From: Candidatus Aenigmatarchaeota archaeon
Lineage (GTDB): Archaea; Aenigmatarchaeota; Aenigmatarchaeia; QMZP01
Reading direction: 5' to 3'
Length of the DNA stretch: 64,000 bases
Assembly (NCBI GenBank): GCA_043824495.1
Contig: JBDRSV010000015.1
Span: 32,979-96,978, forward strand
Shown here: positions 9,394 through 19,250 of the stretch, piece after piece
How the letters are laid out: each line of letters opens with the position of its first letter
Position numbering within the stretch: the stretch's first letter is position 1
Notes under the pieces: model-generated
The model's database searches: none
What the model was told of the DNA's origin: nothing
The model's input: only the letters and a program-made list of their open reading frames with translations
Program-made: the position numbers and the translations under genes

Positions 9394-12300
9394 ATGAAAA
9401 AGAGAATAAAAATGAGTTTTTTAAATAACTCTTTATTCGTACTTGTTGCACTAACAGTCACGATCCTACTAATTACACAGCATAGCCTAGCTCTCTCTTA
9501 CCAGAAAGTAAACATAGGAGATAATAAAATCCAAATACAGAATAATCTAGGAGCTCCAGTACTTGATATTCAATTAATAGAAAATACAGATCAATGTATC
9601 GTGAATTGCCATGCAACACTGAAAATACATCCGTACCAGACTTATAACATTCCAGACTACTCTTCTCCAAGCGAGAAATGGGATTTTGTAAAGGCCGATT
9701 CGAATGTCATGGGTTTGAAGTCCTACACATTACAATTATTGAAAAATATTACTTATAACATCACAGTTCCGACAATCTCCAATACAAGTTACAGTTGCTT
9801 TAATAACATAACGCAACAAAACGAAACCTGCCAGATTCTGGAACAGATAGGAGTACAAACAGAGACACGGACAAGAGAAGAATGGGTACCATTTAACTGG
9901 TTCGGGGAAACCCTTGAGCAAGGCAGGGACTACTACATAAAACTAAGTGCACAGAAATCTCCATCTTTAGGCGAAAACAACATAGACTGGGTTCCTACAA
10001 TAAAAGGCGTGACCCTAGACGACTGGGCCTGGTGGAATTCTAGCTGGTTTAACAGGAGGAATATAACCATATCAGAAAACAACATATCTACAAGAACAGC
10101 TGAACCAGTAACGCTGAATGTAACAGGATTGACAATAAATACAACATGCGAAAATGAGATACGAATAACAAACGAAACAGACGATGAAATTCCTGTCCAG
10201 ATAGTTAATTCAACTGGAGAATCAGAACCAGCAGGACGTCAATGGTGTGAAATTATTTTTGAGGCCACAGTAGATAAAAATAAATCTGTTGATTATTTTG
10301 TTTACTATAATAACCCTTCAGCTGCGCTTTCAACACTAACGTACATATCATTTAATTTCACTGAAAACAGATTCACAGGAAGAGATTATGAAGTAATTCT
10401 AAGTAAACCAACAAACAGCCTACAAGTTCTAAGGGATAAAAACAATATAAACTGGAGTAGTAACAACAATACAATATATCTTGTGGGTGAGAGTACAGTT
10501 CAATATGCTGCAGGAGATTCTATAACAGACGGTAATGCTACGTGGACAGACTGTGGTAATGTAAGGTGCATGATAAACTGGACAAAACTGAGTACAGAGG
10601 GAGAATATACACTTTACTCACAAAAGATAGTCACAAACATCACTTCCAACATAACCTTCATGTATGGCCCATACACATCAAGTACGTCCAGCCATCCACT
10701 AGGAAACGACGATTACGTCTGCTCCTCGGTAATAGACTGTGTTCAGTATGTTGGCTCACCTCCTCGACATACATATGTTTCTGACTGGAAGTCATGGTTT
10801 TGGAAAGACAATACAGATATAAAATACGTGGTTGCCTGTGATACTGGTCCCCATCTAACTAGAATATCCTCCAATCCCGCAGAATTTACTGTCATTCGAG
10901 GTGGCTGGACAACGGATTATCACCTAAGTCCAGGATCATACAGAATGATCCACGAATTTATTAATGGAACCCCGCAGAACGCAGAAGACAAGATTGGCGA
11001 ACTGGAAGCAATGTTTGCCAATCCTCTATCTGTCCAATTAGGCCCAGAACAAACAGGCAACGGAACCCTGTTCATCACGGATCTTATTCCAATCCAGGTA
11101 GTGGAAGACGTGGATATGGTGAAAGGGAAGACAACCATGATAAGATCAACAATCAGTTTCTATCACCCAAATCCTAACCTGACGGCCAATATAACGGTAA
11201 AAACACACTGGAACGGCAGCCTGGTTAATACAACAAACATAACACTTACCGACGGTCAATCAAAAAATATAAACCACTGGTACACTCCAGGTCAGTCAGG
11301 CACAGACATAGAGGTGAAATCAACAGCAGAAACTACAATATCATACACTTTCATCAATGACACAAGAACAACCAGCGTTGATGTTGTGGAGACGAGGAAG
11401 TTTACAGTTGATTTCATTCCAGTTGATGATCCCGAATATTTTGATTTCACAGTTGACGAATCTATACTTTTCATGAATAAAACATATCCTTTAGCAGATG
11501 ATGCCATTAAAAATTTAACAGTGAAATCAAACCCTGTTAATACGTCTGACATGGACAAAACAGATCCCTTGTTATTCAAGACAGAACTGTTATTAAAAGT
11601 TCGCATGAATAGTCTATTAACAGGAAATTATACAGAAAGGACTGTTGGTATTCTTCCACAATCTTGGTTTTCCGACAATTTAGATGACACAAAAACTCTA
11701 GGCTATGCTATTATTCAAAACTTTCCTCCTATATTTGGCTATCCACCCTTCAAAATAACATTTAATTCGGTTGTTATTGAAGATGCACTTAGATCAGGAG
11801 CTGCACACGAGCTCGGTCATACATTTGGTTTATGCGATGAATATAACTCTTCATTATGGGAAGAACAGGATTCGCTTTTTGGATTATTTAATAATTATTG
11901 TCCTAATGGTGATGTGGATGACGACAACTCTTTGGACGATAGATGCTTGGCGGTAATTCCAGGATGTAATGACACAACTTTAGGCGAATTGATACCTTGG
12001 AATTCTAATACTGACACAATAAGCGTTTATAACTTTATGGGAAGCCTCAATTTTCAAGAATCTAGGTGGATAACAAAAGAAAGTTATAACCATCTATTAA
12101 GCTACTTCTCACACTCGACTCCAGAGACCGCATCATCACGACTTCTTGTAAGCGGTTTCTACAATAAAATTGACGGATCCGTAGACTTCAGAAATTTTTA
12201 CCAGTTGGGGGAGGGACTAATAGAAAATGAGAGTGAATTTGCAACTGGCAATTTCTCCATAGAATCCTTGGACGCAAATGCTACAGCTTTATTTAACATA

Positions 12301-13038
12301 AGTTTCAACCTGTCCTTTATACTAAGCTCAGCCAATGGCACTGTTGAAAATATAAACGTTACTCCATTCGCTTTTGTTGTCCCGTTTTCGGATAATGTGA
12401 GCAGCCTGACATTCAAAGAAAACGCTACAATAAAAGAAGAAAGGGACAGGACACAAAACACACCTAATGTGACACTAATCGAGCCTACTGGAGGAGAATT
12501 CTATTCAAATGTAGAAATAAACATTTCTTGGACTTCTTCTGACGCTGACGGTGATAACATGAGCTATGCTATTTTATTCAGTCCAGACAATGGAACCTCT
12601 TGGGACACTATAACTTTTGATCACAACGAAACAAACTACACTATAAATTCTGGTGACCTACAAGACTGCACAGAATGCCTCATTAAAATACTAGCAACTG
12701 ACGGAATGAATACAGGAAATGATACAAGCGATTCCGTATTTCAAATAGACAATGATTTGAGCATTACCGAGTTTTCTCTCGTATACTCAAACAACACAGA
12801 GCGTGTTTTCAGAATATCTGTAAACAATACTCTTGACCTTGACATTACAAACATTTCTTGGATTTTAGATACAGGAGACGAGGCTATTAATTCTCAATAC
12901 TTGACTAACTTAGAGGTGGGAGAAGACATTTTCATTTTCGTGCATTATAATTATACAGTTATTGGAAATTATACAGTCATTTTCACAGCTTACACAAACG
13001 AGCACATAGAAAAGGAGGAGATCGAGGTTATAATTTAA
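9394..13038 (+). CDS. Large secreted glycoprotein: DUF2341-like region, metzincin-like Zn-metalloprotease domain, C-terminal Ig/CARDB-like domains
   Basis: Signal peptide; WWNSSWFNRRNITI (DUF2341-like start); HELGHTFGLCDEY at 11806-11820 with a downstream NFMG Met-turn; many N-x-S/T sequons. Confidence 0.75.
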   Translation: MKKRIKMSFLNNSLFVLVALTVTILLITQHSLALSYQKVNIGDNKIQIQNNLGAPVLDIQLIENTDQCIVNCHATLKIHPYQTYNIPDYSSPSEKWDFVKADSNVMGLKSYTLQLLKNITYNITVPTISNTSYSCFNNITQQNETCQILEQIGVQTETRTREEWVPFNWFGETLEQGRDYYIKLSAQKSPSLGENNIDWVPTIKGVTLDDWAWWNSSWFNRRNITISENNISTRTAEPVTLNVTGLTINTTCENEIRITNETDDEIPVQIVNSTGESEPAGRQWCEIIFEATVDKNKSVDYFVYYNNPSAALSTLTYISFNFTENRFTGRDYEVILSKPTNSLQVLRDKNNINWSSNNNTIYLVGESTVQYAAGDSITDGNATWTDCGNVRCMINWTKLSTEGEYTLYSQKIVTNITSNITFMYGPYTSSTSSHPLGNDDYVCSSVIDCVQYVGSPPRHTYVSDWKSWFWKDNTDIKYVVACDTGPHLTRISSNPAEFTVIRGGWTTDYHLSPGSYRMIHEFINGTPQNAEDKIGELEAMFANPLSVQLGPEQTGNGTLFITDLIPIQVVEDVDMVKGKTTMIRSTISFYHPNPNLTANITVKTHWNGSLVNTTNITLTDGQSKNINHWYTPGQSGTDIEVKSTAETTISYTFINDTRTTSVDVVETRKFTVDFIPVDDPEYFDFTVDESILFMNKTYPLADDAIKNLTVKSNPVNTSDMDKTDPLLFKTELLLKVRMNSLLTGNYTERTVGILPQSWFSDNLDDTKTLGYAIIQNFPPIFGYPPFKITFNSVVIEDALRSGAAHELGHTFGLCDEYNSSLWEEQDSLFGLFNNYCPNGDVDDDNSLDDRCLAVIPGCNDTTLGELIPWNSNTDTISVYNFMGSLNFQESRWITKESYNHLLSYFSHSTPETASSRLLVSGFYNKIDGSVDFRNFYQLGEGLIENESEFATGNFSIESLDANATALFNISFNLSFILSSANGTVENINVTPFAFVVPFSDNVSSLTFKENATIKEERDRTQNTPNVTLIEPTGGEFYSNVEINISWTSSDADGDNMSYAILFSPDNGTSWDTITFDHNETNYTINSGDLQDCTECLIKILATDGMNTGNDTSDSVFQIDNDLSITEFSLVYSNNTERVFRISVNNTLDLDITNISWILDTGDEAINSQYLTNLEVGEDIFIFVHYNYTVIGNYTVIFTAYTNEHIEKEEIEVII

Positions 13039-13055
13039 GGTAAAGGTGATATGAC

Positions 13056-13427
13056 ATGAAAAATTTATTAGTTGTTATAGGGATATTGGCAATTGTTGTC
13101 ACGTCCGGTTGCACAACAATCCCACCAGAGTGCCCTGATATGGGCTATAGTGAGTATGGAAAAACAGGAATAAGCATCTCTACTAACATACAAGCCCTGA
13201 ATGTTATGAAGGAGTATATGAATTCCACAAATATAGCATTCTATGGGAGCATTAAAAATCATGTTCCGGAGGACATGAAATATAAAGAGATAAGAACAGT
13301 ATATGGAATTTACGATGACGGCGGCCTGGTTGACTCACTAGAAACTGAAATCTATGCGTGGGTATTGAACAATAAGTTTGCAATAGATCAAAATGGAACC
13401 GTGCATGAACATGTAGGTTGTGCTTAA
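13056..13427 (+). CDS. Small lipoprotein-like protein, PepSY-like (array partner A)
   Basis: Lipobox-like VVTSGC; ends FAIDQNGTVHEHVGCA; paralogous to 15399-15746 and 16173-16553. Confidence 0.6.
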   Translation: MKNLLVVIGILAIVVTSGCTTIPPECPDMGYSEYGKTGISISTNIQALNVMKEYMNSTNIAFYGSIKNHVPEDMKYKEIRTVYGIYDDGGLVDSLETEIYAWVLNNKFAIDQNGTVHEHVGCA

Positions 13428-13467
13428 CTGATAAAATTAGAACTGTAGTTGGTAAAGAAGGTGTAAA

Positions 13468-15381
13468 ATGGAAAAATCAAAAGTCCAAGTAGTGGAAAAC
13501 GTGGACATGGTTAAAGGAAAAACCACTCTCATTAGAGTTATTGTTTCCTTTGTTGCAAATGACACAAACGCAACTATCATACCCAATGTAACCATCCACT
13601 GGAATGATACACTGATTAGATATAACGACACTCAAAACATGTCACATGGAGAAGAATTATCATTTGATTTCTGGCACATACCACAGGATGTAGGAGACGT
13701 TGAAGTAATGGCAGAAGTTGAAGGGACGTATGAAGGGGAATATCTGAGTGATAGTAGAGATCATAATGTTGATGTTGTGGAGACACACAAATTGAATATA
13801 GGTTTCGTACCAGTGGACTGGGAGCCTCAACTAAATTTTAATGCTTATAAGAAAGATGTTTTACAATTTATGAATAGTACATATCCATTATCAGACGATG
13901 GTTTTAATATAACTGACCATGCTGAAATTGCCACTGCACCAGTGGTTGGTGTGCCATTTGTTCCTGCTCTTCTTTTGCAAATTAGAGGAGCAACACAACT
14001 GTCCTCTAATGAATACCCAGACAGATCTGTCGGTATTGTTCCCCCAAGCTGGTTTTTCCAACATGGTCTTGGGAACTCAAAAGGGTTTGCAATTTCTTCA
14101 AGATTGTTGCAATATGCATTTCCTGCAGTTGTATTAGAAGCAGGACGTCAGGAATTACTTGCACATGAAATTGGTCATACATATTTCTTGTGTGACGAAA
14201 ATGTATCAGAGTGGAATGACCAGAATACAGAAACATTATCTGATAATCTTTGCCCGAACGGTGATTCAAATCCAGACGATGAAATTTTGGATTTGGAATG
14301 TCAAACAAATAAAGGTTGTCCAACAGAAACAATAAAGGAGCTGATTCCTTGGCCAGGTTCAAACGGCTCAGAAATGAAAAATTTCATGGGTTATCATGAA
14401 AACCAGTTTACAAAATGGGTCTCAAGCAATACATATAATCATCTTATTAATATGCTAAAGAACTCAACACCTGATTTTTCTACTTCAAGAATTTTAGTAA
14501 GCGGATTCTACAATAAAAGTTCAGAAAAAGCTGATTTCCAGAATTTCTACATTTTAGGGGATGGTTTTGTTGAAAACAAAAGCCAAATATCTGGAAATTT
14601 CTCAATAGAAATGCTTGATAATCAAAGTAATATGATTTATAATATAACCTTCCCTCTCGCTTTCTTCATTACTTTATATAATGGAAGTAGTATAGAGACC
14701 AATGTAACACCATTTATTTTTGCACTACCGTTGGAATCCAATATTTCTCAAATAAATTTTGTGGAAAACGATACTATAAAAGATCAGGTTAATAAATCTT
14801 TTAATCCACCATCTATCAACATCACTTTCCCAAATGGTGGTGAATTATTCAATAACCAAGAAATAAACATATCTTGGGAAGCAAACGATTCTGATGGTGA
14901 TAATTTGACTTTTTCGGTTTTGATAAGTAATGATGGTATTAATTATAATACAATTGCCTATGATACAAACCAAACATTCTTTATATACAATTCAACAAGC
15001 TTAGCAGATGGCAAGGAGTATCTAGTAAAGGTATTAGTATCAGATGGCTTTAATACAAACAATGATACAAGTGATAATGTATTCGAAATAGACAATGACT
15101 TAAACATAACAGAACTTTCTGTTATATATGAAAACAGTACAGAAAGGATGTTCAGATTTGTCATAAACAATACTCTAGGTTCTAATATAAGTAATATTTC
15201 ATTTAGTTTAGATACTGGAGAAATCACAGAATATTCACAGTATAGTATAACTCTCCGAGGAGGAGAGGACATATTTGTTTATGTTTATTACAACTATACT
15301 GTTACTGGTATTTATACTGTTATAGCTACTGCCAGAAGCGGCGAATTTGTTGAAGTTGAAAGTATGAATATTGGAGTTTAA
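13468..15381 (+). CDS. N-terminally truncated paralog of 9394-13038 (metalloprotease plus C-terminal domains, no signal peptide)
   Basis: Begins VQVVENVDMVKGKTTLIR, matching internal IQVVEDVDMVKGKTTMIR of the first gene. HEIGHTYFLCDE at 14164-14178. Own SD (AAGGTG) before the ATG, with an in-frame stop just upstream. Confidence 0.75.
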   Translation: MEKSKVQVVENVDMVKGKTTLIRVIVSFVANDTNATIIPNVTIHWNDTLIRYNDTQNMSHGEELSFDFWHIPQDVGDVEVMAEVEGTYEGEYLSDSRDHNVDVVETHKLNIGFVPVDWEPQLNFNAYKKDVLQFMNSTYPLSDDGFNITDHAEIATAPVVGVPFVPALLLQIRGATQLSSNEYPDRSVGIVPPSWFFQHGLGNSKGFAISSRLLQYAFPAVVLEAGRQELLAHEIGHTYFLCDENVSEWNDQNTETLSDNLCPNGDSNPDDEILDLECQTNKGCPTETIKELIPWPGSNGSEMKNFMGYHENQFTKWVSSNTYNHLINMLKNSTPDFSTSRILVSGFYNKSSEKADFQNFYILGDGFVENKSQISGNFSIEMLDNQSNMIYNITFPLAFFITLYNGSSIETNVTPFIFALPLESNISQINFVENDTIKDQVNKSFNPPSINITFPNGGELFNNQEINISWEANDSDGDNLTFSVLISNDGINYNTIAYDTNQTFFIYNSTSLADGKEYLVKVLVSDGFNTNNDTSDNVFEIDNDLNITELSVIYENSTERMFRFVINNTLGSNISNISFSLDTGEITEYSQYSITLRGGEDIFVYVYYNYTVTGIYTVIATARSGEFVEVESMNIGV

Positions 15382-15398
15382 TGAGAGGAGGCGAGAAG

Positions 15399-15746
15399 AT
15401 GGAAAAGTATGCTAAAATTGCTATAATAATAGTTGCTGCTTTAGTATTAATCATAAGCGCTATCTTTTATGGCAATTTTCCTAAATGTGCTGGAGACCTT
15501 CGTTTTACTGAAATTGTAGATTTAAACAGATCTATAAACAATTCAGAAGAAGCGTACAATGCTTTTAATGAGTTCTATAAAACACATAAAGGAAGATATG
15601 CACATGAATACGGTTTACAAAAAGAAGACATAGAGTTTAAAGAAATAACAGTTGAAAATGGTTCTCAGGTCTCTGCTTGGGTACTAATAACAGATGAAGC
15701 CGTGGATAATTTAGGAAAAATATATGTACAAGAATATTGTGCTTAA
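15399..15746 (+). CDS. Small membrane-anchored PepSY-like protein (array partner B)
   Basis: SD GAGGAGG before ATG 15399; N-terminal TM; ends AVDNLGKIYVQEYCA. Confidence 0.6.
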   Translation: MEKYAKIAIIIVAALVLIISAIFYGNFPKCAGDLRFTEIVDLNRSINNSEEAYNAFNEFYKTHKGRYAHEYGLQKEDIEFKEITVENGSQVSAWVLITDEAVDNLGKIYVQEYCA

Positions 15747-15748
15747 AT

Positions 15749-16156
15749 ATGAAAATTTTAACAATTAATAGCTTGGAAGGAGAAGGCAAATCTTATATGG
15801 GTAGAATATTAGCAACAGACGGGATGAATACAGGCAATGATACGAGCAATACTATATTTGAAATAGACAACGATTTGAATATAACAGAATTCTCTGATGT
15901 ATATTCAAATAACACAGAACGTGTTTTTAGGGTATTTGTGAACAATACACTCGATATCAACATTACAAACATTTCCTGGTCTTTGGACACAGGAGAGGAC
16001 ATGAAAAGTTCAGAATATCTAGGTAATCTAAAACCAAGTGAACAGGTCTTCATTTACGTGTATAATAATTATACATTAACGGGTAACTATACAGTAATTA
16101 TGTCCGTGTATACGGACGAATATTTAGAAAAGGATGAAATTGAGATTATAGTTTAA
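15749..16156 (+). CDS. Stand-alone C-terminal fragment of the metalloprotease protein (third, shortest copy)
   Basis: ILATDGMNTGNDTS...IDNDLNITEFS..YSNNTERVF closely matches the C-terminus of 9394-13038 at protein and DNA level. Confidence 0.7.
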   Translation: MKILTINSLEGEGKSYMGRILATDGMNTGNDTSNTIFEIDNDLNITEFSDVYSNNTERVFRVFVNNTLDINITNISWSLDTGEDMKSSEYLGNLKPSEQVFIYVYNNYTLTGNYTVIMSVYTDEYLEKDEIEIIV

Positions 16157-16172
16157 AGAGAGGCAGTGTAAG

Positions 16173-16553
16173 ATGGAGAACATAAAATTTGGAAGTTTAG
16201 TAATGATTGTTATTGGAATAGTAATAGTAGCGGGTATTTATGTAAGCCAATATATACCGCTCCCTAAAGAACCTGAAATACCCGGATTAATACTACCTGG
16301 TGACTGCAATTATTTTGGTATAATACACGAAACAGAGATAAACAAAACACTAAAAACAAGAGAAGATGCCTTAGAAGCGTTAGAATTTGTATATAGAAAG
16401 TTTAATACTACCTCTAATTTAACTGCTGATGATCTGGAATTTAAAAACATCATAGTAGAAGGCAAAGAAATCAGTGGATGGAGAATAATACCCTTAGATC
16501 CAGCGTTTATAGATAAGGATGGTAATGCTTGGGGAAACTACACATGTTTATAA
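16173..16553 (+). CDS. Small membrane-anchored PepSY-like protein (array partner C)
   Basis: N-terminal TM; LKTREDALEAL helix; ends FIDKDGNAWGNYTCL. Confidence 0.6.
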   Translation: MENIKFGSLVMIVIGIVIVAGIYVSQYIPLPKEPEIPGLILPGDCNYFGIIHETEINKTLKTREDALEALEFVYRKFNTTSNLTADDLEFKNIIVEGKEISGWRIIPLDPAFIDKDGNAWGNYTCL

Positions 16554-16555
16554 AT

Positions 16556-16981
16556 ATGAAATCATCAACAAAAACCACAATCGGAATCATTGGAATTTTG
16601 TTACTTTTGTTTAGTCTGCAGGTTATTGCGGACCCGATAGACTTGGGTAGAGAAGAAATCAAGGATTATTATTGGATGACTGTTTGTGGAGATAATCAGG
16701 AAATAAACCTAGATACAGAAAGTGCAGAAGAATATTGTTTGGCAGAAGAGGATGGAGTTCCAACAAACTGCACTAAAATTCAAGAGATTTATGTAGAATC
16801 TTTAGAGACAAATCAGTCTCGTCCAGAATGCATAAATGAAATTACAGGAGATGATGGAAACACTTCTATAGAGTATGATGTTGACTGCATAATGGAAACA
16901 TGTAGTGAGTTAATAGAATTCAATCAATTGACAGGAGAGACTAGATCAGTATGGACAAAAAAATATGGTTGGTCATTATAG
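16556..16981 (+). CDS. Secreted Cys-containing acidic hypothetical protein
   Basis: Signal peptide MKSSTKTTIGIIGILLLLFSLQVIA; six Cys in the mature part. Confidence 0.55.
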   Translation: MKSSTKTTIGIIGILLLLFSLQVIADPIDLGREEIKDYYWMTVCGDNQEINLDTESAEEYCLAEEDGVPTNCTKIQEIYVESLETNQSRPECINEITGDDGNTSIEYDVDCIMETCSELIEFNQLTGETRSVWTKKYGWSL

Positions 16982-18357
16982 TAATTATCAGCCTAATGGT
17001 AGTTGCAAGCATACAAGAATCAACATCAACAGGAGAATCATCAGGCATGATTCTATTCTGGGACGGAATTGAAGCTACAGTGCCATCAGAATGGAGTGTT
17101 GTGAGCAAAGACATATGCCCAATGGGCCAGGGATGGTGTAATGACTTCTACAACAGGACCATAAACATATCATCAGCATACGGAACTGAAGGCGGTTCGG
17201 ATACATATACAGGAACAGTTTCACATGTTATATCACAACCTAGTGTTACAAGAAAAATAGATCCCGGAACACCTAACGGGTTTAATGTGGCTTCTGCAAC
17301 TCATACAGGAACGCTGACATCTGAAATACCTGCAAATACAAGTATACCTCCTGTAAGGAACCTTATCATAATAAGGTATGACAATGGAATGCCAGACATG
17401 ATACCAGCAGGTGCTATAGCGTTCTTCAATGATACCATACCTCCAGAAAACTGGACGCTGTATACAGAAGGTGATGGTTATTTCTTAAGAGGATCTGATG
17501 CTCCAAACACAACTCTGGGATCATTAACACATACTCACATAAATGCCAATTTCACTCTTATCGGCGGTGGAGCAGCTGTAGGTACAAGTACAGGAACTAC
17601 AGTCCCTACACCATCACATTCTCATGGAACCATAGGAGATCAGAATCTAAGCGAAGAGAATCATATACCTCCTTATGTTGACATGCCCATGATAAAAGCC
17701 ACTGAAGATACTCCTATTCCAATCGGCATGATAGCTGTGTTTAACTCAACTCCTCCAAGTTATTCTTGGGATAATTTAAGCGAGGATCCAAACTTCAACA
17801 ATCATCTAATAAGAATAAACTCTTCTTCTTTCAACACAACAGGAGGATCAGCATATCACCAACACGAAGAGATTAACATAACGTTTGGACAAACCTCGGA
17901 TACCACAAGCAAGAAATATACAAAACTTGGAGGATTTCACATTACAGTGGCAGGAAGAACTCATGGTCATACTGTAAATATAAGCGTGTCCTCACTTAAT
18001 CAACCGGCATATGTAACTGCTATTTTAGGAATATATACAGGCATCATAATAGCCAACGAGTCAGAAGGAAGAGATGCAATAGAAGAAGGCATAAATAATA
18101 CTATACCTAATTCCACTAGATATGAGGATCAGCAGATATATATAATAAACGAGACGGGTGATCACTCTACTGGATTGTTTGACATAGTTACTATAGAAGG
18201 AAACCAGACATGGGCATTCAATTATGTTACAGGAAACGAATCGTTCACGAATGTGAATCCTATACTTACTATTGTTAACATATGGGAATCAGCATCCCTT
18301 GCTTATAGCCAAATAGTTAGCCAGGTAGAAGATCTTATAAATGAGACGAAAGAGTAG
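16951..18357 (+). CDS. Secreted or membrane-anchored protein with three tandem phage tail-collar/fibre-like repeats
   Basis: N-terminal hydrophobic segment. Repeats start GMILFWDG, IPAGAIAFF and IPIGMIAVF, contain FLRG/LIR, GG/GS-x-HxH and later HxH motifs, and end IPPVR, IPPYV and QPAYV. Confidence 0.65.
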   Translation: MDKKIWLVIIVIISLMVVASIQESTSTGESSGMILFWDGIEATVPSEWSVVSKDICPMGQGWCNDFYNRTINISSAYGTEGGSDTYTGTVSHVISQPSVTRKIDPGTPNGFNVASATHTGTLTSEIPANTSIPPVRNLIIIRYDNGMPDMIPAGAIAFFNDTIPPENWTLYTEGDGYFLRGSDAPNTTLGSLTHTHINANFTLIGGGAAVGTSTGTTVPTPSHSHGTIGDQNLSEENHIPPYVDMPMIKATEDTPIPIGMIAVFNSTPPSYSWDNLSEDPNFNNHLIRINSSSFNTTGGSAYHQHEEINITFGQTSDTTSKKYTKLGGFHITVAGRTHGHTVNISVSSLNQPAYVTAILGIYTGIIIANESEGRDAIEEGINNTIPNSTRYEDQQIYIINETGDHSTGLFDIVTIEGNQTWAFNYVTGNESFTNVNPILTIVNIWESASLAYSQIVSQVEDLINETKE

Positions 18358-18435
18358 ATATCCTTTTCCTCGTGTATATCCAGTTTAAGTGTGACCAAAC
18401 ATCACATCCTCAGAAATCAACACAATGTGGCATGT

Positions 18436-19200
18436 TTATTCTTCTAAGAAATAGAATAAAGCCTCTTGTACTGTTGCTATCTCTTTCACTGCAAGTCCAG
18501 CTTCTTCAGCAACATTTACTCTATATGGAACTGTTTCTGTGGTGCAAATCTCTCTTTCACCAATCTTTCTGCATGTTTCTTGTGATCTCTGCTTAATCTC
18601 AGTGGATTGTTGTAGTGGGACTAAAAACAAAATAATACCGTGTTCTTTAGCTACTTTAGCCTTTGCTGTTACTTCACCAATAGGACCAATTGAACCATCA
18701 CTTCTGATAGTTCCAGTCATCATCACGCTTGTGTTTGGAGTTTTATTTGTCAAAGCAGCTACTGTGGCTACAGTTAAAGCAGCTCCAGCTGAACCACCCT
18801 CAATAACAGAAGCATCTGCTTCTATTGTGTATATCATATCATAATTGGATAGATCAGAACCTGTGACCCCACCTGCTATTTGTCTAGAAGTTCTGATAGA
18901 TGTCTGAGTGTCAACCCAGAATAGAATATTATCTATATTTACTAATGGCCTTCCAAAACCAGGAACAATATCCACATTAATTGTGCTTAGTACACCTTCT
19001 TTATTTGAATTAACTGCAGGAACATACATTGTTACAGATGTGTTAGAACCAGTATCATTTGTTGCTATGAAACTCTCAATTGGAGTATCAAAATCAAGAG
19101 TGCCTCCTCTAGGACCGAACAATACATCTGATAGATAAAAAGTTCCTATAAAGTAAATGGCGACAAATGATAGTATAGCTACCACACTTATTACTCTCAT
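18436..19200 (-). CDS. Archaeal Lon-like (S16) serine protease, membrane-anchored
   Basis: GGSAGAALT (catalytic Ser), MTGTIRSDGSIGPIG and TAKAKVA (catalytic Lys). Confidence 0.85.
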   Translation of the reverse strand: MRVISVVAILSFVAIYFIGTFYLSDVLFGPRGGTLDFDTPIESFIATNDTGSNTSVTMYVPAVNSNKEGVLSTINVDIVPGFGRPLVNIDNILFWVDTQTSIRTSRQIAGGVTGSDLSNYDMIYTIEADASVIEGGSAGAALTVATVAALTNKTPNTSVMMTGTIRSDGSIGPIGEVTAKAKVAKEHGIILFLVPLQQSTEIKQRSQETCRKIGEREICTTETVPYRVNVAEEAGLAVKEIATVQEALFYFLEE

Positions 19201-19250
19201 ATATTATATTGGTGTGAATTCTTTTAAATCCTGTATGTTTAATGTGTTCT

